Origin: a virus
Taxonomy: Duplodnaviria > Caudoviricetes
IMG/VR virus record: IMGVR_UViG_3300010362_000062
Span: 1-33,674 of that record
Direction: 5' to 3' (one strand)
Length of the DNA stretch: 33,674 nt
Shown here: in pieces, positions 1 through 6,769 of the stretch
How positions within the stretch are numbered: position 1 is the first letter of the stretch
Layout of the letters: each line of letters opens with the position of its first letter
Program-made: the position numbers and the translations under genes
Notes under the pieces: generated by a model
Told to the model about the DNA's origin: nothing
Seen by the model: the letters and a program-made list of their open reading frames with translations, nothing else
Database searches by the model: none

Positions 1-2
1 CC

Positions 3-1100
3 GGCGGCAGCATCCCGCGACCGGCTGCTGACGTCCCGATGACCGATGCGCAGTATCAGTCGGCGCAGCCGAACACGCGCGACATCCAGCGCGCCTATCC
101 CGGCTACCAGCCGCCGACGCAGGTCGGCGTCGAGGGCGGCGCGGCGGGCGAGCGCGTGCCGTTGCCCTATGCGCGCGGTCAGAGTGCGAGCGGCACTGCG
201 GCTCTCACACCAGCCGGAGCGCCGCCGCAAAAGACGGTCGGCGAAGCGCCCGGTCGCGATCTCTTCCGAGCCGTGAAGCAGGCCTTCGCACCACAGCAGC
301 AACGCGGCGGCGCACTCGGCGATGCGATGATCGCTGCGATGGGTCCACGCGGCGCGAATGCGTCGACGTTCGCCGACCCAACCACCGGCCAGACCTATCT
401 GCAGGGCGGCTCGGGTGAAGAGGCGATGAATCCCTACCGCGCGATTGGCGGGCGAGAGTCTTTTACGGCCCGCCCGGCACCGGCTCCGCGCGCAACTGGA
501 CCGCAGTCACCTCCCGACCAGCGGCCAGCAGCATTACCCCCAGCGAGGCCGGTGCCACCATCGCTCCCAGACACGGCGGGCGTCACCACCGATGAGATGC
601 AGCGCCGACCACTAATGCCGTTCGACCCGCGAATGTTCGACGCGACACCGACTGCTGCGGTCAAGCCGCCGAATCTTTCCGGTCTCACGCCCGGCGGCGT
701 GCCGATGGCCGAGGACCCGGTCGGCATGTTCGACGTGAAACAGGCAGAGCCGAATCTGCTCCAGCGCGCTGCCAATTATTTTGATCGCAACCCGCCGATG
801 TGGGCCGCGCCCGAAGCCGCTGGCTTGCTGGCTGCGCCAACGCCGGAGCCGACTCCACAGCGGCGGGCTTCGGTAAATCCCGAACCAGCGCCCATCTCAT
901 GGCCCACTACCACCGCACCACCGATGTCGCCGTCCTTTGTTCCGACCACGACCGGCCAGCAGATGGGCGGACTGTCACCCTTCGGCACCAGCGCGCCGCA
1001 AACCGGCTTCGCCAGTACGTCGCTACTTCCGTTCGATCAGTGGCCACCCATAGGCTGGGGCTGGGCAGGGCCATCGTTCGACTTCGGCGCATGGGGATGA
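3..1100 (+). CDS. C-terminal part of a Pro/Ala-rich low-complexity protein, probably a virion internal/ejection protein (5' truncated)
   Basis: Frame 3 is open from the window start (GGSIPRPAADVPM...) to the stop at 1100. The composition is typical of disordered phage ejection proteins; function is inferred only. Confidence 0.5.
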   Translation, partial: GGSIPRPAADVPMTDAQYQSAQPNTRDIQRAYPGYQPPTQVGVEGGAAGERVPLPYARGQSASGTAALTPAGAPPQKTVGEAPGRDLFRAVKQAFAPQQQRGGALGDAMIAAMGPRGANASTFADPTTGQTYLQGGSGEEAMNPYRAIGGRESFTARPAPAPRATGPQSPPDQRPAALPPARPVPPSLPDTAGVTTDEMQRRPLMPFDPRMFDATPTAAVKPPNLSGLTPGGVPMAEDPVGMFDVKQAEPNLLQRAANYFDRNPPMWAAPEAAGLLAAPTPEPTPQRRASVNPEPAPISWPTTTAPPMSPSFVPTTTGQQMGGLSPFGTSAPQTGFASTSLLPFDQWPPIGWGWAGPSFDFGAWG

Positions 1101-1121
1101 CAGCAACAGAGGACGACGCAG

Positions 1122-1703
1122 ATGCAACGACGACTCTTCGCGGTCGTTGCGGCCATGCTCGTTTGCGTGTTCGCGACATCAGCCATCGCGCGCTACCGCG
1201 CGCAGCCTGACGCCAACGGAAATCTCGCTGGCGTTGTCACCTCGAAAAAGACCGGCGCAACGGCGCGCGTCGGAGTTCAGTACGCCGCAAAATTCCAAGC
1301 CTACATCGACGACATCGAGGCGCACGGTGGCACCGTTCGTTTCATGGGCGGCATCCGTCGCGGCAAGTGCTGGTCGGGCGGCATGCATCCCTGCGGTCGC
1401 GCGCTCGACGTCTGCCAGACTGGACGCGGTCGCGTCGATGCGCGCTGCAATCTGCCGGGCAGGCAGGCGCTGGCGCAGATCGCAGCAGCGCACGGTCTGT
1501 TCGAAGGCGGGCAGTGGTGCCACTCCGACTACGGTCACGCGCAGGCCGGTGAAAGTGCAGCGGCTTGCGGGCGGCGGCATCAGGACGCACCGACCACGCT
1601 GGTCGCACGGCGTTCGACGACAGTCGTGAGCGCGAAGCGCAGATCGCACCGAGCGGCGGCGGTGGCGTTCACGCCGCCTGATCGGCTGACGCAGTTCTAC
1701 TGA
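1122..1703 (+). CDS. Secreted M15-like (Hedgehog/DD-peptidase fold) zinc peptidase
   Basis: N-terminal signal peptide (MQRRLFAVVAAMLVCVFATSAIA). GMHPCGRALD and DYGH match the M15 HxxGxAxD...xxH Zn-ligand pattern. GAGGA RBS upstream. Confidence 0.6.
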   Translation: MQRRLFAVVAAMLVCVFATSAIARYRAQPDANGNLAGVVTSKKTGATARVGVQYAAKFQAYIDDIEAHGGTVRFMGGIRRGKCWSGGMHPCGRALDVCQTGRGRVDARCNLPGRQALAQIAAAHGLFEGGQWCHSDYGHAQAGESAAACGRRHQDAPTTLVARRSTTVVSAKRRSHRAAAVAFTPPDRLTQFY

Positions 1704-1704
1704 C

Positions 1705-1738
1705 AAAGAAAAACCCCCGACCGTGACAGGCCGGGGGT
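1705..1738 (-). terminator. Intrinsic terminator between convergent genes
   Basis: ACCCCCG/CGGGGGT stem next to an A-run that reads as a U-tail on the minus strand. Confidence 0.65.
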
Positions 1739-1757
1739 CCAAGATGGCGGCAGCAGC

Positions 1758-2180
1758 CTACTTGCGTAAGTCTGCCGCTACCTTTTTGCGCTTGGGGCGG
1801 ACAGCCTCAAGTGCCTCTCTGCCGGTCAACGGCATCTTGTGCTTGTCGGCCTCGACGCTGTCGGCGCGCTTGGCCTTCAGCTTCTCGACCAGTTGCGGCT
1901 CGTCCTTCCGCTGCAGGAACGTCGGGATGTCGAGGCCGCTCTCCGTTACGACCTTTACCGCCTCTGCGACGACATCGAGGTCATTGGGTGGTGCGGTCAC
2001 CGTCATCACCGGCTCGCGTGCTGACTTGGGCCTGCCGACCCCGACCTGCTGCTGTAGCTGCAGCCTGCGGCGCTGGCGATCTAGCTTCTGGAGCGTGTTG
2101 CTGGCCCGAGTTAATCGTGTGTGCCAGCGGCGCATGCGGGCTTCCACGTCGGCCAGTTTCGCGGTAGTGTCCTTCTTCAT
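1758..2180 (-). CDS. Hypothetical basic protein (140 aa)
   Basis: ORF with an AAGGAG RBS that ends just before a terminator. Confidence 0.7.
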   Translation of the reverse strand: MKKDTTAKLADVEARMRRWHTRLTRASNTLQKLDRQRRRLQLQQQVGVGRPKSAREPVMTVTAPPNDLDVVAEAVKVVTESGLDIPTFLQRKDEPQLVEKLKAKRADSVEADKHKMPLTGREALEAVRPKRKKVAADLRK

Positions 2181-2237
2181 TTCAGACTCCTTGTCAGGTT
2201 GTTGGCCCCGGTCGTTCCCCGACCGGGGCCGTTCGTT

Positions 2238-2408
2238 TTACTTGTTGCGCCGGATGCGCGGGACGAGCATGTCGTCCGCTTCCACCTCCGACAGCCCCAA
2301 CCTGATCAGTTGGTCGAGGGCATCGTCGTAACCGAGATCGAGGTTCTTATATTTGGCCGCGATCTCAACGGCGGCATCCAGCTTCGTGCGATCTATATGC
2401 ATGGGCAT
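2238..2408 (-). CDS. Small hypothetical protein (56 aa, MPMHIDRTKLDAAVEIAAKY...)
   Basis: Translated by hand (below the ORF-track cutoff). AAGGAGA lies directly upstream of the ATG. Confidence 0.7.
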   Translation of the reverse strand: MPMHIDRTKLDAAVEIAAKYKNLDLGYDDALDQLIRLGLSEVEADDMLVPRIRRNK

Positions 2409-2420
2409 TCTCCTTGTCAG

Positions 2421-2477
2421 ATTCAGTTGTCAAACATCTCGGGCAGCGCGCCCGCTCAGTCGGTGATCTCCGACTGA
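2421..2477 (-). promoter_or_regulatory. nut-like antitermination site: two hairpins followed by a boxA-like sequence
   Basis: The minus strand reads hairpin TCAGTCGG/CCGACTGA, hairpin CGGGC/GCCCG, then GATGTTTGACAACTGAAT, which resembles the alphaproteobacterial rrn boxA. Confidence 0.5.
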
Positions 2478-2500
2478 CAAAAACGAGCATAGCATACTCA

Positions 2501-2529
2501 GGGCCGTTGGCCCAGCGGGCCATTGGCCC
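2501..2529. promoter_or_regulatory. Tandem palindromic operator copies
   Basis: GGGCCGTTGGCCC at 2501-2513 and GGGCCATTGGCCC at 2517-2529. Confidence 0.7.
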
Positions 2530-2739
2530 GACCTCTACAACCTGAGAATTTTTATTGGACTTCTCGCACGTCGACGCGCGGACTCTTAGGAGTCCGTATG
2601 CGACGAAGTGTCTAGATGGCGATTTTGGTTGTGTCGACGCACGCTCGAAATTCTTCAACGATCTCGGACGAGATCGCGCACTAACCCCTTGATGAAAATT
2701 TTTTCGGCGGTGGAAAAATCGGACACGCCGAAGTTGAGA

Positions 2740-3102
2740 TCAGTAGCTGACGGTGTCGTCGCCGTCGTATCCTGCACGGCGCGAGCAACTGCGCTCCAGC
2801 ATGCCAGCGAGACGCGAGTGATCATCATTGATGCGCGCAAGCATTTCTTCGCGGCGGTCGTGCTGACCGGCCATGTTGTGACGCGCTGCGCGCCGATCCT
2901 GAAGTACATGCTGCACTGGGAGCGCCAGCGTGTTCTCGACTACGCGCGGTGCAGGGGCTGGCGTGTGATCGAGATTGACTGAGCGCTGCTTCCCTACGAG
3001 GCGAATCAACTCGGCCCGGTCGGCATCGCGGATGAACATGCCGCGCTGCGCCAGCGAGGCCTCGATGCGCGCCCACAGTTCCGCTGCGGCCGATTTTTTC
3101 AT
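2740..3102 (-). CDS. Hypothetical protein (MKKSAAAELW...)
   Basis: ATGA overlap with the stop of the upstream gene; GGGAG RBS. Confidence 0.55.
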   Translation of the reverse strand: MKKSAAAELWARIEASLAQRGMFIRDADRAELIRLVGKQRSVNLDHTPAPAPRVVENTLALPVQHVLQDRRAARHNMAGQHDRREEMLARINDDHSRLAGMLERSCSRRAGYDGDDTVSY

Positions 3103-3359
3103 TTTGCTCCCGCTGCTTCGCGCAGCCGTTTGATCTCGGCGTGCTGCTCCTGCATCTCCTGCCGCATCAGTAGGAAGGTGGAAAGCTGCGCCGCATCGCG
3201 CGCAAGGATAGCGAGATCGCGCGCATGCCCGACGCAATTGGTCAGATCATCGCAGTGCAATTTCTTCAGCTTCTCGGTCGCGCTCTGCAGCGTGTCAATC
3301 ATCACGCTTGCTTGGTCGTTGAGGCTTTTCAGTTCAGCATCAGTCAGATTCTTTGGCAT
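3099..3359 (-). CDS. Hypothetical coiled-coil protein (MPKNLTDAEL...)
   Basis: GGAG RBS; helical, charged sequence. Confidence 0.65.
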   Translation of the reverse strand: MPKNLTDAELKSLNDQASVMIDTLQSATEKLKKLHCDDLTNCVGHARDLAILARDAAQLSTFLLMRQEMQEQHAEIKRLREAAGAK

Positions 3360-3370
3360 GTGTGGCTCCG

Positions 3371-3398
3371 AAAAAGAAAACGCCGCCCGAAGGCGGCG
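3371..3398 (-). terminator. Intrinsic terminator
   Basis: CGCCGCC-N4-GGCGGCG stem followed by TTTTCTTTTT on the minus strand. Confidence 0.8.
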
Positions 3399-3427
3399 CT
3401 CAGTATAAGGCAAGAGTGCTGACTGTG

Positions 3428-3694
3428 TCAGGCTTTGTCCTCTGCAGTTCGTCGTTGATGGTACTCAGCGACCCAGTAAGCAGCGATGAATGCCACCACT
3501 ATCAGCACCACGACCTTGATCGTGATCGACACATCGTTGAACCACCAGTCTCGAATATCTGGGGCAATTGCCACGAGCGCCACCACAAGCGCCAGCAGCA
3601 GGCCACCGCCGATCATGCCAATGATCCATCCCCAAAAAGCATTCGCGCCTCCGAGAAGGACCACCAGAATCGCGCACAGCAAAAAAGTTTCCAT
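3428..3694 (-). CDS. Small membrane protein with 2-3 TM helices (METFLLCAIL...)
   Basis: Strongly hydrophobic 88-aa ORF starting 2 nt after the HTH gene stop. Confidence 0.65.
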   Translation of the reverse strand: METFLLCAILVVLLGGANAFWGWIIGMIGGGLLLALVVALVAIAPDIRDWWFNDVSITIKVVVLIVVAFIAAYWVAEYHQRRTAEDKA

Positions 3695-3696
3695 TT

Positions 3697-3924
3697 TTAA
3701 TTCTTTCCCAGTGTTTTGATTGCAGATGCGCCGGAGCGCTTGATGGCGACGAGGTAGCGCAGGAACTGGATGGCCGGTCCCGGCACATCGCGCTCCTTGC
3801 CGACCCAGCGGCGGATGGTGCGGTCGTCGACGCCGAGAAGTTCTGCGGCCTCGATCTGGTTGACGCCGAGCGTGGCAAGCGCCTTCTCGAACTCGGACGA
3901 CGACATATTGGGGACTGGACTCAT
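3697..3924 (-). CDS. XRE/Cro-like HTH transcriptional regulator
   Basis: LGVNQIEAAELLGVDDRTIRRW is a canonical HTH_3-type motif; GGAGG RBS. Confidence 0.85.
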   Translation of the reverse strand: MSPVPNMSSSEFEKALATLGVNQIEAAELLGVDDRTIRRWVGKERDVPGPAIQFLRYLVAIKRSGASAIKTLGKN

Positions 3925-4127
3925 GACACCTCCTCCTCTTCATCTGGAAACTCAAATTGGTCCGCGTGCGCGGACGAGCAGAACCAGCGACCGCCAACAT
4001 GCGCGACCGAGCCGGTCGCGACGACCTCGTCGCGCCTGAACAGCACTGCGTTGCAGACGGGGCAGCGGACGTCGCCGCTGAGCCGACTGAGCGCATTGCG
4101 GAAGAACCACTCCAACATCGTGGGCAT
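3921..4127 (-). CDS. Small zinc-finger-like protein
   Basis: CPVC...FCSSAH metal-ligand pattern; translationally coupled to its neighbours. Confidence 0.55.
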   Translation of the reverse strand: MPTMLEWFFRNALSRLSGDVRCPVCNAVLFRRDEVVATGSVAHVGGRWFCSSAHADQFEFPDEEEEVS

Positions 4128-4759
4128 CAGGCGAGCCTTTCCTGTACGCGAATGACGGTCTTGGCAGACCACGGTTTGCCCTTCGGCGTGGCGATGCCGC
4201 GCGCGTTGAGCGCGACGGCAATGGCGCAGGCCGAGCGGCCCGAGAGTTCATCGAGCAGCGGACGCAACGCCTGCGCACGCAGCGTGGCGGCGATGCGGTT
4301 GTCCTCTGCCTGCCGCCTGTTGCCCAGCACGACGCCGCGCGCCTTGGCAGCGGCGAGCGCGGCCTTGGTGCGCTCGGAGATCAGGCGGCGCTCCTCCTGC
4401 GCGAACGACAGAAGGATGTGCAGCATCAGCGGCGGCGCGTTGGGGTGATCACAGGCGACGAACAGCACGCCCTTGTTCATCAGGCTCGCACCGAACTCAA
4501 CGTCGCGCGTCAGGCGGTCCAGCTTGGCGACACAGATGTGTGCCTTCGCTTTCTTCCCGGCCTTGAGCGCGGCGGCAAGCTGCGGACGCTGGTCGAGCGC
4601 GTCGGCACCTTTGCCCGTTTCGATCTCGGTGAACTCGGCGACGATGACGCTGCCGGTATTGCGCGCGTAGGCCTCGACCGTCGCGCGTTGCGCCTCCAGC
4701 CCGAGGCCTGAGCGGCCCTGCTTCTGGGTAGAGACGCGGTAGTAAGCAATCAGGTTCAT
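4127..4759 (-). CDS. Serine recombinase (resolvase/invertase family)
   Basis: YYRVST catalytic Ser motif, AKLDRLTR, ERRLISERTKAAL..GVVLG and a C-terminal DNA-binding motif (LNARGIATPKGKPW). GGAGG RBS before MNLIAY. Confidence 0.92.
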   Translation of the reverse strand: MNLIAYYRVSTQKQGRSGLGLEAQRATVEAYARNTGSVIVAEFTEIETGKGADALDQRPQLAAALKAGKKAKAHICVAKLDRLTRDVEFGASLMNKGVLFVACDHPNAPPLMLHILLSFAQEERRLISERTKAALAAAKARGVVLGNRRQAEDNRIAATLRAQALRPLLDELSGRSACAIAVALNARGIATPKGKPWSAKTVIRVQERLA

Positions 4760-4905
4760 TGTGTCCTCCAGCGTGGGGTCGGATTGCGCTCCCAAGACCA
4801 TTGCGCGATTGGCCCGAGTTGTTCCCATGTCCGGCGTGGCGAGCCATCGTCGTAAGTGGGGCGCGCCTTCAGTTCTGCCTCGTAGGCAATTTGGCCGTTC
4901 GTCAT
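4756..4905 (-). CDS. Small hypothetical protein (49 aa, MTNGQIAYEAELKARPTYDDGSPRRTWEQL...)
   Basis: Translated by hand. GAGGAG RBS; its stop overlaps the resolvase start (ATGA). Confidence 0.7.
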   Translation of the reverse strand: MTNGQIAYEAELKARPTYDDGSPRRTWEQLGPIAQWSWERNPTPRWRTQ

Positions 4906-4929
4906 TTTTGGCTCCTCTTTCATGCGGTA

Positions 4930-4958
4930 TTTATAGGGCCATTGGCCCGAGGGGTCAA
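4930..4958 (-). promoter_or_regulatory. Leftward sigma70 promoter with an operator in the spacer
   Basis: TTGACC-N17-TATAAA on the minus strand; palindrome GGGCCATTGGCCC at 4936-4948 abuts the -10. Confidence 0.8.
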
Positions 4959-4970
4959 GTGGGGGGTGTA

Positions 4971-4999
4971 TTGACAGACCGGGCCATTGGCCCTATGGT
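4971..4999 (+). promoter_or_regulatory. Rightward sigma70 promoter with an operator in the spacer
   Basis: TTGACA-N17-TATGGT; palindrome GGGCCATTGGCCC at 4981-4993 abuts the -10. Confidence 0.85.
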
Positions 5000-5025
5000 C
5001 CAACCATCAGAAACAGGAGCCACCA

Positions 5026-5403
5026 ATGAAAAATATCTGCCTGAACGAGCGCGGCGCGGAAGTGATCCTCACCAAGGACCAACTCGACGCCATTGTGACT
5101 GTCGACCTGAACATCAAGAAGCTGGAATCGATCCTCGCGTCGACCGACTACATCCACGCATGGCCGAAGCTGGGTCTGGGCATCAAGCATGCCAACGGCA
5201 AGTCGTCGGTGGTGCCGCTCTGGTTTGCCACCGCGATTGAGAGCGAGCCGGGGCTGCGCAATTGCCGGGGCTTCCTCAACGGCAACAACGAACACACCGA
5301 GATCGTCGTGCGCGGCGAGGTGGCCAAGGATGAGATCGAGCGCACCCGCAAGCTGCGCGAGGACCTGATCGCGACCTTCGACAAAATGAACAACGCAGGC
5401 TGA
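5026..5403 (+). CDS. Hypothetical protein (MKNICLNERG...)
   Basis: AGGAG RBS; first gene after the rightward promoter. Confidence 0.75.
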   Translation: MKNICLNERGAEVILTKDQLDAIVTVDLNIKKLESILASTDYIHAWPKLGLGIKHANGKSSVVPLWFATAIESEPGLRNCRGFLNGNNEHTEIVVRGEVAKDEIERTRKLREDLIATFDKMNNAG

Positions 5404-5405
5404 GA

Positions 5406-5462
5406 GACCGAAACGGCGCGCGATGCGCGCCGTAGTGCCGTGAGGCGGCACCTGACGAGGTC
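5406..5462 (+). ncRNA. Type II hammerhead ribozyme
   Basis: Stem II GACC/GGUC, GAAA, 9-bp stem III (5413-5421/5425-5433), GUA cleavage triplet (5432-5434), 6-bp stem I (5435-5440/5446-5451) and CUGACGA core (5452-5458). The element is intergenic. Confidence 0.92.
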
Positions 5463-5490
5463 AGTCACTAAGGAAAGCGGAGTACATTTG

Positions 5491-5910
5491 ATGGCAAGAC
5501 GATCATATACCGAGCGGCAGGAGGACATCGCGAATCCGCGATACGATGTCGGCTCGGCGCAACTGACAAAATTCCGCGCGGTGGCAAACGCTGCTGGCGG
5601 CGTGATGGCGCTGGAGCGGTTCTACCGCGTCCAGTACGCCGAGGCGGTCGAGCAGGCGGTGCTGGCATCCCAGCGCGCATCGCTCGCACCGAAGCGCGCG
5701 GCGGTGTTTCAGGCGATGTGCGCCAGCGGCACCTTCCACAACGATGGCGAGGCCATCGGCAAGGCGGTGGTCGCTCGGCATCGCGCGGCGCTGTCGTCCT
5801 ACCCGGCGCAGGTGCGGCGTGCGCGCAGGCCGAACGAGTGGCAGGCGATGTACGACGAGGCGATGGCCGAGAAGCGCGCCCGTGAGGCCAAGGCGAGGAG
5901 GGCTGCGTGA
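5491..5910 (+). CDS. Hypothetical protein (MARRSYTERQ...)
   Basis: GGAG RBS; first gene after the ribozyme. Confidence 0.7.
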   Translation: MARRSYTERQEDIANPRYDVGSAQLTKFRAVANAAGGVMALERFYRVQYAEAVEQAVLASQRASLAPKRAAVFQAMCASGTFHNDGEAIGKAVVARHRAALSSYPAQVRRARRPNEWQAMYDEAMAEKRAREAKARRAA

Positions 5911-6254
5911 TGGAGAACAGGATCAAGGCGCTGGGCTGGGTCTACGACCTGTGGCTGTTTGGCGGGTGGACCCATGACGAGGTGCGCGACGATGATGGTG
6001 ACCGGCGCGTGTTCGCCACTGTCGACGATGTCGTGCGCTACCTCGATCTGCCGGAGCCGACTGACGTTCGCGTCATCGACAGCGGTTCGCTGGTCGGGCT
6101 ACACATCCTGACCGACGAGGCCGAGGCGTGGATTGCCGATAACGTCGCCAGCGAGGGCTGGCAGTGGATGGGCAACATTCTCTGGGTCGACCATCGCATG
6201 GCCGGGCCAGTGATCGAGGGCATGCAGGCCGGAGGGTTGATCTGTGGCGCGTAA
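5910..6254 (+). CDS. Hypothetical acidic protein
   Basis: Coupled to the upstream stop (TGATG); GGAGG RBS. Confidence 0.65.
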   Translation: MENRIKALGWVYDLWLFGGWTHDEVRDDDGDRRVFATVDDVVRYLDLPEPTDVRVIDSGSLVGLHILTDEAEAWIADNVASEGWQWMGNILWVDHRMAGPVIEGMQAGGLICGA

Positions 6255-6450
6255 GGTTGGCGACTGGATGAACTTGCAGACCGGCGACACCGTCGTCGAT
6301 CTCGACGACGAGCGCCACGAGGGCCGGGTCGACAGCGTCCGCTCCGGCTACTGGGTCACGGTGATCTGGACCGAGACCGGCTGGTGCAGCGAGGTGCCGC
6401 TGCGCAGGCTCAGGCGGCTCAACCCCCGAAACATCCTGCACCGCGCATGA
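6244..6450 (+). CDS. Small hypothetical protein, possibly an SH3-like beta-barrel
   Basis: ORF ends at a terminator; LQTGDTVV...GRVDSV...VTVIW pattern. Confidence 0.55.
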   Translation: MARKVGDWMNLQTGDTVVDLDDERHEGRVDSVRSGYWVTVIWTETGWCSEVPLRRLRRLNPRNILHRA

Positions 6451-6490
6451 AAGAAAACCCCGGCCTCCACCCGCCGGGGTTTTTGTTTGT
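6451..6490. terminator. Bidirectional intrinsic terminator
   Basis: AAAACCCCGGC/GCCGGGGTTTT stem with flanking A- and T-runs. Confidence 0.8.
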
Positions 6491-6509
6491 TCACATTATC
6501 CTCTGGACT

Positions 6510-6756
6510 GGACACAAACTGGACACCGGATTGACGCACTGCAAGAAGTCCTTTATTTCTGGGCGCGCCCTACGGGATTCGAACCCGTGTTACCGCCGTG
6601 AAAGACTCAAGTGACATGATTGTGAACTCCACCGCGATCTCCTGCAACTCCACAGAAGCAACTGTGGCACAGGCACATCTTGCACATTGGCTCCACAGCG
6701 CTACACCCGAGTCACGGGGCACTTTTCACACACGAACGGGACACAACTGGACACCG
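6510..6756. mobile_element. attP region with integrase arm-type repeats
   Basis: GGACACAA(A)CTGGACACCG at 6510-6528 and 6739-6756 flank the tRNA fragment, and the region lies directly upstream of the integrase. Confidence 0.85.
6562..6604 (-). other. attP core: 3' half of tRNA-Glu(TTC), not a complete tRNA
   Basis: The minus strand reads CTTTCACGGCGGTAACACGGGTTCGAATCCCGTAGGGCGCGCC, i.e. anticodon loop (TTC), T-arm and acceptor 3' strand. The 5' half is absent. Confidence 0.9.
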
Positions 6757-6769
6757 ACTGGAGCCACAC

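Noticed and set aside
4808-4816. Additional operator copy (ATTGGCCCG)
   Set aside because: It is only a half-site and lies inside a coding region.
6560-6604. Functional tRNA gene
   Set aside because: Only the anticodon loop to 3' end is present, with no D-arm or 5' acceptor strand. It is the attP core.
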